Positions 24,236 to 35,500 of a DNA stretch of 64,000 bases are shown here, piece by piece. Position 1 is the stretch's first letter. Every line of letters begins with the position of its first letter. The notes beneath the pieces were generated by a model. It ran no database searches. It was not told the origin of the DNA and worked only from the letters and a program-made list of their open reading frames with translations. Both the position numbers and the translations under genes were made by a program. The DNA is taken from NCBI RefSeq assembly GCF_964355755.1, contig NC_092672.1:2914001-2978000 (forward strand), read 5' to 3'. Source of the DNA: Antedon mediterranea. Its lineage: Eukaryota > Animalia > Echinodermata.

Positions 24236-24674
24236 AGAATAATTTGTGACATATGCATATACAGTACCAGTGTAATTTAATTTCAATATCTTATTAAATT
24301 TTATATGATTACTGCAATTCAGACAAAAAATATGTCTGTATATAGCCTGTCAGTGTATACTGTAGGTACAGTATGTTATTAAAAATCATGCAGCTTAACA
24401 GTACAGGAGAAGATACAAGTTGTCAAACCCCATTATGGAAAAGACTGTGTGAAATTACCTACAGCCGGATATGTTTGTTGCTACAGTACTTTACATAGAT
24501 TCCAAAAATTCAATGAAAACAAGACATTTTACAACAATCTTACAAATATAAAGCGGGTGCTACAGTATGTTGGAATTAGGCTGTGTGGAATGCATTCAAA
24601 TAAGGTAGGCACTCTGCATATCCGCACTGAAAAATTACATCTATGATTTTTCAGCTATGCCCATACAGTAGATA

Positions 24675-25396
24675 GGTGTGATTTTGGTATAATCCAGGGG
24701 TGATTTTGGTATAATCCAGGTGTGATTTTGGTATAATCCAGGTGTGATTTTGGTATAATCCAGGTGTGATTTTGGTATAATCCAGGTGTGATTTTGGTAT
24801 AATCCAGGTGTGATTTTGGTATAATCCAGGTGTGATTTTGGTATAATCCAGGTGTGATTTTGGTATAATCCAGGTGTGATTTTGGTATAATCCAGGGGTG
24901 ATTTTGGTATAATCCAGGGGTGATTTTGGTATAATCCAGGTGTGATTTTGGTATAATCCAGGTGTGATTTTGGTATAATCCAGGTGTGATTTTGGTATAA
25001 TCCAGGTGTGATTTTGGTACAGTATAATCCAGGTGTGATTTTGGTATAATCCAGGTGTGATTTTTGTATAATCCAGGGGTGATTTTGGTATAATCCAGGG
25101 GTGATTTTGGTATAATCCAGGGGTGATTTTGGTATAATCCAGGGGGGATTTTGGTATAATCCAGGGGTGATTTTGGTATAATCCAGGGGTGATTTTGGTA
25201 TAATCCAGGTGTGATTTTGGTATAATCCGGGGGTGATTTTGGTATAATCCAGGGGTAATTTTGGTATAATCCAGGTGTGATTTTGGTATAATCCAGGTGT
25301 GATTTTGGTATAATCCAGGTGTGATTTTGGTATAATCCAGGTGTGATTTTGGTATAATCCAGGGGTGATTTTGGTATAATCCAGGGGTGATTTTGG
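24675..25396. repeat. 22-bp minisatellite (GGTGTGATTTTGGTATAATCCA)n, ~33 copies
   Basis: Near-perfect tandem array; explains the 267-aa ORF with 22-aa periodicity. Confidence 0.97.
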
Positions 25397-27081
25397 GAGG
25401 TTTACCAAAACATTAAAAGATTCTGAATTATAAAATTTTTCCAAATTTACAAACTCTTATTTTATACAATGTATAATTTATAAATTAATGAGAGATAATT
25501 GTACTGAATATTTATATATTTTGTTATAATTAAATTACTAAAAAAAATAATCAATAAAACAGTAATTAATATTGTTCTTATACAGTATAAAATGATAAAT
25601 TTCTGCACATAATAATATGCATTTACCATTCTGGGAAATTACTAGACTTCATGATTATTAATGAATGTATACAATTTGATAATGTACTGCAATAATAGTT
25701 TCAGTTTTATATATTTTTGCATACAGAATAAATACAGTAATTGACTATTTTAAAAGGAACACAATCTGAGTATTCACATGCAGTAACCTTGATGCTTTAT
25801 AATTCGACAATTCTAATTTGACAAATCAATATTTATGAGTCAAATAAAAATTGGATAGATTGGATGAAAGGTAGAGTAGTAGACAGTACAGTAGTTACAA
25901 TTATTGTGTGTACTATAGTATATGACTATATACAGTATAGTACCAGTATGATTCTTTCATTTAATTAAAAATTGTACTGCCTTTTATTCAAATATGAAAA
26001 ATATCAGTTAAGGTATTATATCTCCTAAGTTTCATTTGTCTTTATAATTAAAGACTACAATTTGTTAAATGATTCTTGGTGTTTAAATATGATACAGTAA
26101 TGCTACCTTACCTGTATGTTTATTTATTCTTAGTTTTAATGAATCAACTCTGATAACCTATGAATTTACTGTAATGCAGTATTTTACAAAGTATTATTAA
26201 TACACAGAATATACCAATAAAATGTGTGGGTTTCAAAGTACATAATTTGCTTTTAAGAAAGTTGTGATTATTAGAAATTATAATTATATAGACTGAAAGT
26301 TATAATATTATTAACTGATTATTTTGTTCTTCAGAAGAATAAATACTAGTACAACAAAAAAGTGCCTTGAATATAATGAATAGCAAATTATAGCAGTCTT
26401 TTGAAACTATGTATTGATCCACATAATGTGTAGTTCAAATGACTGGCCATCTGACAAAGAGGAAAAAATCAATAGAACAAACGAATTCCCTCAGCAAGCC
26501 TGAATTACTGTACCACAGTACTACTACAGTACAAGAATATAAACATTACACTGTATACTGTATAGACAAACCACTGTAAGTGGTACAATTGTAGGTCAAT
26601 TAATGCACTGCTGTATAAATTAGCATAATTTGTACTACAGTACTGTACTACATTATTTTATGGATACTTTTTACTTGGCATTTTTATTTTGCCTATGCTT
26701 TGTTTGTTTGCAAGATTGCAGTGTCCACAATTTTTAAGCTACCGTTCTGAATGTTTGGCTATTATTACTGTCTATAAGAAGACAGGAAGGGTCATATAAG
26801 CTATATTTAGCTTCCTAACCGACCCATAACATCAAGCAAGTATCAAGCAAGTATACAGAACAGTGAAAGAAATAAAATAAGTGATAATTTGTGATGTTAC
26901 AAAGTTTAAATTATATTAATTAAAATCTGAGCAAATTAATTTAAAATGTAGGCCAGGCATAGGCCTAAAATGTCTTTTTTCTGAAAAAATGTATGTATAT
27001 TTGATAAATAGCCAAATATTAATAAATAGCCACACTAGCCTATATTTAAGAGCTTATCAAAAAATAAAAATGACAATGTTA

Positions 27082-28338
27082 GGCCAAATAAAAAAACATA
27101 CTTGTTAAGCGTCACCGCCCGCTCCTGATTATCCAGCCGCCTCTCTTTTTATTTTTTATTTTTTTTTACCGATATACAACGGAAAGTTCAGCGGCCCGGC
27201 CCAGCTCCAGAGTAGGGCTCGAAATTCACGCTAGCAAACTAGCATTTTGCTAGTAGATTCTTCATAATTGCTATTTGAAAATTTCAAAACTAGCAAATGT
27301 TTGTTATTAGGCTAGTGTAATTTTTGAAAAATACGTACTTTTTAGCTTAGACAACGCTAGCCGCCGATTGCTCTATGTCGACAACGGCAATTTGGTGAAA
27401 ACGATTGTTTCATTTACACGCCGCCGATTTACGTCAAGGAAACGCGAATAGCACCGTGAATCATGTAATGTGGTAAACAGCAAGCTTTTTCCCCAACACA
27501 TTAAATCATGTGCATTTAGTACGTCGCTGAGAATTACATCATCAGTCACGTGATTACAGAATACGCGATTATCAATTTAGGGATTTAACGAAATAAATAT
27601 TTTGCCTACACAGTGGTCGAAGCGCGTTTTTTTATAGGTTCGTAAATAGGAAACACCCCATACATAATGGACTCTACCAATTTTGTTTACGATGATCTCG
27701 CGCTCGAGATCGGCACACCACGAGGTCCTGTTGGGCGATGGGTTTCCTTATGCCTGGTTTACCTGTGGAATAATTGCATACACTTTTTGCATCACAACTT
27801 TAAATACTGATTTACACAGCAATTGGCAAAGGATTCATCAAAGAAGAATGAATACTTTGAACAAAAATTCACTTAAGAAATGCCGTAAGCTGTTTTCAAA
27901 CTATAAATCAGCCCACTATTTAGTATTATTGAGACCAAATCATGCTTCTCGCGATAGGGAATTTCCTGGATAGATGAGTCGAGCGAGAGACGGCGGATGG
28001 CCGATGAGTGAGGTGGGGGTAGCAGCTTGGACGGATTAGTTAGCCTAGGGCCTACAATTTCGCTTGGTGGCAATTAAATTTAATGTTTTAATTACGTCTG
28101 GATATAAACAATACAAAACTCAATTTTGTCATAAGCAATAATATTTCATACATAGTCAATTTTGTTCTGTTTCGCATTTTAAAAGTTTGACGTTTCGTCC
28201 TAAAAAAAGTGGGCCAAAACGTCCACCGCGCAAAAATATACCTCTATAAAAAAAAAAAAAAAAAAAAAAAACCGTCCCACCCGCCCCTGAAAATTTATGA
28301 GGGTGTGACGCTTAACAAGTATATTTTTTTATTTGGCC
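27082..28338. mobile_element. PIF/Harbinger-like non-autonomous element in the SRRM2 5'-UTR intron
   Basis: TIR GGCCAAATAAAAAAA(C/T)ATACTTGTTAAGCGTCAC at both ends with an exact TTA duplication (27079-81, 28339-41). Confidence 0.85.
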
Positions 28339-28880
28339 TTACAGTATTTAAATATTACCAACCAATTTAAACATTATTTATATTATAAACTAGGCTAGGC
28401 TATCTAATCTAGGCCGCCTACTTCTACTACGCCTAGTAGTAGTAGAGGCCTACCTAGGCTATAATACTAATAGGCTATATCAACAATGAAATTATAACAC
28501 AATGATAGGCCTATATAGTAGTATACAACAAAATAATTGAAAATATAACCTTCTATTTTACCAATTTAATTAAAGGTAAGTAGGCTAGACCTAGTTTGAT
28601 GGGCCTGGCTGGTTTATAAAGGGAGATCTGACGTTACCTCTTCAAAGTCTTTCTTTCCCGCTAGCCTAGACTCTGATATCCACACACAATATGTGCCAGC
28701 CTAGCCTACACCGAGGCCTAGCCTAGCTACACTGTCTGTAGCCTGCCTTCGTAAAAGAATAAATCTTTCAACATTTACTCATAGTATTTTACCTTTTAAA
28801 ATATTGCCTAAATACCACGCAAAATATATATTTAATAATAAAGTTAGCATTTAGTATAACTCTAAAATAATCTTTCTTAC

Positions 28881-29040
28881 CTAAAGTTGTTATTTTTGCT
28901 ATTTTCATTAGTAATATGTAGGCCCAATGTTCGATCGCCTGCTTCGTCGTCGTTTTGTGGGAAGAGAGGATCGGATGATAGATCGATCGTTCTCTCACAC
29001 ATATCCAACGCGTTTCTATTGGTTTATTAGTCAATCCACA
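28881..29040 (-). promoter_or_regulatory. Putative SRRM2 non-coding first exon and core promoter
   Basis: CpG-rich stretch with a CCAAT box (~29019), a pyrimidine-rich start-like tract CCTCTCTTCCC and a strong AG|GTAAGA donor at 28880. Confidence 0.55.
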
Positions 29041-29525
29041 CGCGTTTTCACACACACTATTTCGACGATCGAGCATTCTCTACTTCTACGGAGCGCCATT
29101 TATGCCTTTATTTACTTCCGAAATAGAAATAGTACTACGGTAACTGCGTTCAGTGGACCAAATTTAGCACCAGTGGAGCACAGTGATATAAAATAGAAAT
29201 AAGTCACTAATTTTAATATCTTTTCGTATGTTAATACTGTGCTCAAGTGGACCCAATTTGGAGCCAGTGGAGCACAGTGATATAAAATAGAAATAATTCA
29301 CGGAATTTTAATATCTTTTCGTATGTTAATACACTGTGCTCAAGTGTACCCAACTTGGCGCCAGTGTAGCACAGTGATATAAATAGAAATAAGTCACTGA
29401 ATTGTAATATCTTTTCGTATTAAGCATATTTGAATACCTACCGGTATGGTACTATACATGTTCGACAATACAGCGTCACATATCTCTATTTAAAAAAAAA
29501 ACAATATTAAAAAAAAAAAAAAATA

Positions 29526-29595
29526 TCCGTCGAGGTTCGAACACCAGCCGATAGCACTCAAAACTGAGCATTACCCGTTACGCCACTAAGTACAT
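29526..29595 (-). ncRNA. Degenerate tRNA-like Pol III unit (A box, B box, T-run)
   Basis: Minus strand TAGTGGCGTAACGGG...GGTGTTCGAACCTCGACGGATA then a long T tract; TATAAATA ~25-30 bp upstream. Confidence 0.5.
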
Positions 29596-29687
29596 GGCTG
29601 AAAAGCTGATAATAGTCTATTTATACGTGTATTACGTAATTGATCATTACGTCATAAATATTCTATTAACCTTGCTAAAACCAAAAT

Positions 29688-29760
29688 GATCAGTTAGCTC
29701 AGTCGTATGAGCGTCGTGTTAACAACACGTATGTCGTGGGTTCGATTTCCACGCTGGTCG
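29688..29760 (+). tRNA. tRNA-like cloverleaf with an Ile-type body and AAC (Val) anticodon; probably non-decoding
   Basis: Acceptor GATCAGT/GCTGGTC, D stem GCTC/GAGC (loop lacks GG), anticodon stem CGTG/CACG with loop TTAACAA, T arm GTGGG-TTCGATT-TCCAC; 73 nt. Confidence 0.6.
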
Positions 29761-29924
29761 GTGGAATAGAGTTACGGCTATGCGAGCCACTGTGTTTGGG
29801 GTTCACAGATCACACGTCCCCCTTTCCACCACGCATCTGGTGATGTGGTGGAAACGACCCCAAAAGGCTGTGGCAGGGCCTTAGTGCTGAGGCAGGGAGA
29901 GCACATTTACCATCTTTTTTTTTT
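29761..29924 (+). ncRNA. Unidentified structured RNA downstream of the tRNA-like head, ending in T10
   Basis: GC-rich; nested stems GCCAC/GTGGC, TTTGGGGT/ACCCCAAA, TTTCCACCAC/GTGGTGGAAA, GCCTTA/TGAGGC; poly-T at 29915-29924. Confidence 0.45.
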
Positions 29925-31399
29925 GGCTCTCGAACTGCTTTGGTGGTTTAAATTTTATGTTTAGCGCCCTAAATTTATTTTAATGTAAAAAAGAGAATTA
30001 ATTCTCTTCGTTACGTGTTTAGAAGAGAATTAATTTTATCTCATCGTAGTTTGGTATGCCGTGCGTTTGTTATGCAAATGAGTGTGCACATGTGCTGTGG
30101 GAAAGATGGTATTGTTAGTCATTCGCGATCAACACACAACACTGTTCAATTTTTATTTTGTTAATCTTTTACATTAGAATTGTAATTCTACCGTTACACA
30201 TTATTAGTGTACTTTTAAATATCCGTTCCATGCAAGATATTGTATTGTAGGCCTACAATGTTGTGAATAAAAGTTTATGGTAGAATAAATAAATAAATAT
30301 GTTTTAAGCAGATCTTCGAAATTGAAGCATAATTATGAAGTCGAGTTTTTTAAAACCCAACCTAAAATTCGCATCTGGATAGTTGAAATTTAATTTTTAA
30401 TTTTATTATCATAATTATCATAGGTGACTATGTATAAGTAAGTGCATTTCTGGGCTCTATTTTCATTTCTCTGCCTCAACCATGGATGGGCTAGTACTGG
30501 AGACTTAATATTTAATTTTATATTTCAATGAATAGGTGCAATTTCTGGGGACAAGCTCATATATTGTCCTGGTGAGTCTTATATAGTTTGTTTCATTCAA
30601 ATCATGTAACGCCAGTTTTTCGGGCGGGAACCTACTGTATACAGCTATTTTTTTCCAAATTGTCTTTGCTCATCCCCAAGCATGGTGGGGTACTGAAGAT
30701 TCTTATGCATGTTTGCAAAACATAATATATGTCATTTTCTGGTACCTTGTAGCTCTATTTTAAACAGTTTGGTATGTGCGTGCGTTGTTAATTATGCAAA
30801 TGAGTCTGTGCAGGTGTATGGTAAAGATGGTATGTTAGTCATTCGCGGTCAACACGCCACCCTGTTAAATGTTGATGCTGTTAATTATTTACATTAAAAG
30901 ATTTTTCAAATCATGTAAATAAAATATTTTCCGGGCGGGAAGCTAGCAGTTCCCCTCGTTTAGTTTGCAAAAGTAATCTCGAAAAGAACTCCATGTGGAA
31001 AAGAAGCTCACCCAAGAGTAGTAAAAATGAAGGAGCACATTGGCTTCTTTTCGAGGTTTTATGGCAGTCTATTTAATGGAAAATAATGCCATGCAACTTT
31101 GTTTCTGATTTAAAAAAAGTTCCACTTGACATTTACAATCCTCAAAATATCTCTCTTTCAAAATAAAAGAAAAACAATATTCTTTTATTTTCCATTTAAA
31201 AAAAAAATCCACTGGCGCCAAATTGGGTCCACTTGAGCACAGTGTATTAACATACGAAAAGATATTAAAATTTAGTGACTTTATTTCTATTTTATATCAC
31301 TGTGCTCCACTGGGGCCAAATTGGGTCCACTTGAGCACATTGTATTAACATACCAAGAGATATTAAAATTTAGTGACTTTATTTCTATTTTATTTTGTT

Positions 31400-32100
31400 A
31401 TTAAACCTTATTTTGTAAGGGTGACCCTAAACAGCATATGTAGACAGTCAAAAACATATATGAAAAAACGGATGAACTATGTTCAAATATAATATGTACT
31501 TAAATACAAAAATATAGCCTACATAATACTATACAAAACGTTGAGTTTTTTCTTTTGGGATTAAATATTTGTTTAGAGCAGACTTAAAATTATTTATTGT
31601 TACCGCATTTCTTAGTTTGGTGGGTAGAAATTCAGGTATGTTGGTGCTCTATAGATGAAGCTGTTCTTAAAAGTTTCAGTTTTAGGGAAAGGGACGACAA
31701 ATTTCCTCTCACTGACACTTTGGGTACATCGATGATTTGGAATTCTGGCAAGACGCAGGGCAAGGTATTCTGGAGCAAGACCATTTGCAGACCTGTAGGC
31801 AAGGCAGCCCAGTTGTAAATGCATGCGATCTTGGACTGTATGAAGATTTAAGGTGTTGTAAATGTGTTAGTTCGTGGTGTGAGAGGATGAGCTTTAAGGA
31901 TAATGCGAAGTGCTCTATTTTGAATGGTCTGTATTCGGTCAATATTCGATCTGATTCCCCAAACACTACATCAATAGTCAATGTGTGGGAGGATTATAGT
32001 GTTATAAAGGTTGTATGGATGTGTGTTTATTAATGAAATGACCGAGCACGCGATAAGATGGAGATGGACAAGCCCAGTTTGGAACGAAGTTTATTTACAT
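31400..32100 (-). mobile_element. L2/CR1-group LINE 3' fragment inserted in the right arm of the foldback element
   Basis: Frameshifted translation YNYIILPHIDY..VWG..SNIDRIQTIQNRALRIILKAH..LAYRSANGLAPEYL..PFPKTETFKNSFIYRAP. Confidence 0.85.
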
Positions 32101-32553
32101 GAAAAGAAAAATATAAATTTGAATCAATGTGAATGCCAAGATGTTTCTGTTTGTCAGTTTGTGATATGGGTATATACGAAACGATGTTAAAAGTAGTGAC
32201 CTTTATTTATATTTTATATCTCTGTGCTACCCTGGTGCTAAATTGGGTCCACTTGAGCAGTTACCGTAGTACTATTTCTATTATTGAAGTTAATAAAGGC
32301 ATAAATGGCGCTCCGTAGAGAAGTAGAGATTGCTGCAGTCGTCAGGATGACGCTCTGAATACACCTCCGTTTGGTTGATGAATTAGGCCGTCTGGAAAGC
32401 CGAAGGCTACCAAGTAAATGAACTGATAGAGGGGGTTTAAAAAAATATTTTTTTGTTTTTTTTTCTGTATCTTCTCTGTGAATCGCATGCTGCTGACCCG
32501 CGAGATTTTGACTATTTGATTATCTTTAAAAATGTATAACTCTGTCTGAAATT

Positions 32554-32571
32554 ATGACTACGACGTATCAG
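32554..32571 (+). CDS. THOC6: THOC6 exon 1 (MTTTYQ)
   Basis: ATG then CAG|GTAATT; phase 0 matches exon 2. Confidence 0.7.
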
Positions 32572-35500
32572 GTAATTATGAAGATAATATGTTTTTATAT
32601 TCCATAAGTGTTTCGTTTATTTGTGGCTTTCAATCCCACAATGTCAATAGCTTGGTTTTGCTAGAGGCTAACCTAGCTAGGCTGCCTAGACTCCTAGTAG
32701 CTAGGCCTACTCAGTCTCTAGTGCTAGTTAGTAGGCCTACTATCTACTAAACTAGGCCTAGGCCTATCTACTAACTAGCCTAGCTAGCTCCTAGATAGAG
32801 GAAGATACCAGTACTAGCCTAGGGGTGTTTCGAAACTAGAGACCCGAGACCAGAGACCAGAGACCCGAGACCCAATACGAAAAGGGAGACCCTACTAAAT
32901 ACGAAAAGGGAGACCCACTAGGCCTACTAGGCCTATATATACGAAAAGGGAGACCCCACTATACGAAAAGGGAGACCCAAATATACGAAAAGGGAGACCC
33001 CACTATACGAAAAGGGAGACCCCAAATATACGAAAATGGACACCCCAAATATACGAAAAGGGAGACCCAAATATACGAAAAGGGAGTCTAATCTGTCTTT
33101 TTATTCAAACTATCACCCATTTTGTATTAATAATCGCCATGGCTAAAGATACGGTACCGTATCCATACTTCTAAAAACTAAAGATACGGTATATTATAGA
33201 GGGCGCTTCCGTTTGCTAAAGGTACGGTAAAATTGCATTCCTAAAACTCGTTCCTAAATATAAAACTCGTTCCTAAATATTAAACTCGTTCCTAAATATT
33301 AAACTCGTTCCTAAATATTAAAACTTGTTCCTAAATATTAAAACTCGTTCCTAAATATTAAAAACCTAACCCTCTAAAAAAGACGTCAAGGAGAGTATCG
33401 AACCTCCAACCTGTTAAGCCCGAGCCTCATCACAAGCCCACTAAGCTACACAGCTGGTCTTGCTGAAGAACATTGCAATAACCTATTTGATTAACATCTA
33501 TCGTACATAGCGCCCTCTTTAACTACCGTACCTTTAGTTTTTAGAAGTATGGACACGGTACCGTATCTTTAGCCATAACGTATAATAATAGGTATTAGTA
33601 TTACAAATAAATAATAAATAGGCTAGGCCTAGTCACTAACTATCCTAGGACCCTATTCAAATTTTACAATATTACATTTATTATTTCAAAATCCACAGGA
33701 CCAAATACTGTATGAAAGAAAACGCCAACATCTTATGGTATTTTCGCAGTGTTTTTCTCCATGTGGGAATCATTTGGTGACAGCTAACAATTATGGAACG
33801 GTTTCAGTCTTCAACTTGACAGCAGCACTGAGTCCTAACGCAAACGAGAGTCACTGGAAACCATCTTTTACTTTCCAAGGTAAACTGAAATATATTTCTG
33901 AACAAATTAACTATATGAGGACTAATATTAATAAAGCTCTGTCTACACTATCAAACTTTATGTGACAAAAAATGTGATTTGACCATATTTGGACATGATG
34001 TCATATTACTACCATATTTGGGCACATCACTACCATATTTGGGCACAACACTACCATATTTGGGCACAGAGCTTAATAGTTAGCCTACATTTCGCTGACT
34101 CTTTGCAAAGGATTCAACATACGTTTAATAACGAAATGAAAGTAGTAAAATTTACAAAATTTGATTTATAAATGCATGTTTTTTTCTATTTATTTAGTTT
34201 GCAGTGGACCTATTTACTCAATTGTTTCAACAGAGTTATTTTTAATATGGTAGGTAATAAAATTACAAAGAATCGACAGATTTAATTATCAATCAATCGT
34301 TCCATTTTGAAAGCGCCATTCCAATGATCATTGCTTATAACGTTGCTCTTGTTATTATTTTGAAAAAAACTTGATAAAATTGATGAAATAAAAGAAAAAA
34401 ATAGATTAAGATTAAAATATTTAAATATTCTTTTACTGTAGTGCAGGGACTGGTGATATCAAAGCATACAAGTGGACAGATATCTTAAAAAAGGTATATC
34501 ACTTTTAGTTACATAAAAGTAAATATGTCAACTTTTCTTTTTAGACTCTATAATATTTATTCAATTAGAATAATTAATCAAGAAGAACAATTTAACTGTG
34601 TTTTATTAGAGTTGTAAAATAGCTTGGACTTTATCTGTACCAACATGCAAGAACCAATTTTCTGATCCAGAAGTGAACAGCATTGTCTACAACACAAAGG
34701 TAACACAACAACTTATTTTATTGGTCAGCAACATCTTTATTAATAAATTGTCCTTCTCTATGAGTTTTAATAAGGCAGAAGGCCGGGTTAATTAGACCGA
34801 TCCCTGGTTAGCAATGGGGGGCGTATCCCCCTTATTTTATTTTTTTTTTTTTTTATGTCTTTAGGCAATGTGGCCAAGGATTACCAATAGTGAATTAATC
34901 ACTGTCCTATCAGATAGGTGGTGATTTTGGTTTGGGTTTGTTTTAGCATGGGTGGAATCCCTTTTATCGTATTAGTTTATGTAAAGCGCTTAGAGTTTCA
35001 CAACATTAGGCGCTATAAAAATCCAGGATATTATTAATATTATTATTATGAGACAGAAATTGTAACTTTTGATGTAAAATAATACATTTATGATTTTTGA
35101 TCAAAATCAGTTTTGTTTTATTTGTTATTAGGATAATGTACTTTACTCTGGTTGTGGAGACAAAAATAATTACTCGTGGGACTTGGAATCAGGCACACTT
35201 AAGGTAACATTGTTGGTTCAATTTCTTCTTTCTAAAAAGCTACCTTGATTAACATGCACAAATTAATCATAGGGTCAGTTCAGACTTAGTTAATTACCTG
35301 CTAAGTTGGCTTAATCGACTAATTATTGCTAACTTTGGAGGCTAGATCAACAACTTACCTAAGTAAATATTTAAACCTGATCAAGCCCATATAAACTGTA
35401 ATATAAAATAAACTAAAACAAAAGAAGTGAGGCAAACCATTATGCTTCAATATATTAAATTTGGTTCTCATATCTGATAGTAGAATCTGAAATAAAACAA

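Larger units (their letters stand above)
29078..32328. mobile_element. Foldback-type non-autonomous DNA element with long, internally repeated TIRs between SRRM2 and THOC6
   Basis: CTCTACTTCT..ACGGAGCGCCATTTATGCCTTTA..TAGAAATAGTACTACGGTAACTGC inverted at both ends; ~97-bp subrepeats x3 on the left (29150-29420) and inverted on the right (31209-31392, 32175-32258); candidate ATT duplication. Confidence 0.82.

Noticed and set aside
24641-25444. 267-aa repetitive ORF
   Set aside because: It is the translation of a 22-bp minisatellite lacking stops on that strand; it lies in an intron and has a non-ATG start.
29688-29760. Functional decoding tRNA-Val
   Set aside because: The D-loop lacks the invariant GG, the top anticodon-stem pair is T-T, the body is Ile-like, and no terminator follows directly.
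29761-29914. HDV/theta ribozyme, hammerhead or U6atac identity for the structured RNA
   Set aside because: GGTGGAA/TTCCACC could form P1, but there is no P1.1 GG or canonical L3. CTGGTGA..GAAA leaves no room for stem II. Only the last few bases resemble U6atac and its AAGGAGAG core is absent.
30099-30113. AAAGATGGTA complementary to the 3' end of the structured RNA
   Set aside because: A 10-nt AT-rich match is within chance expectation.
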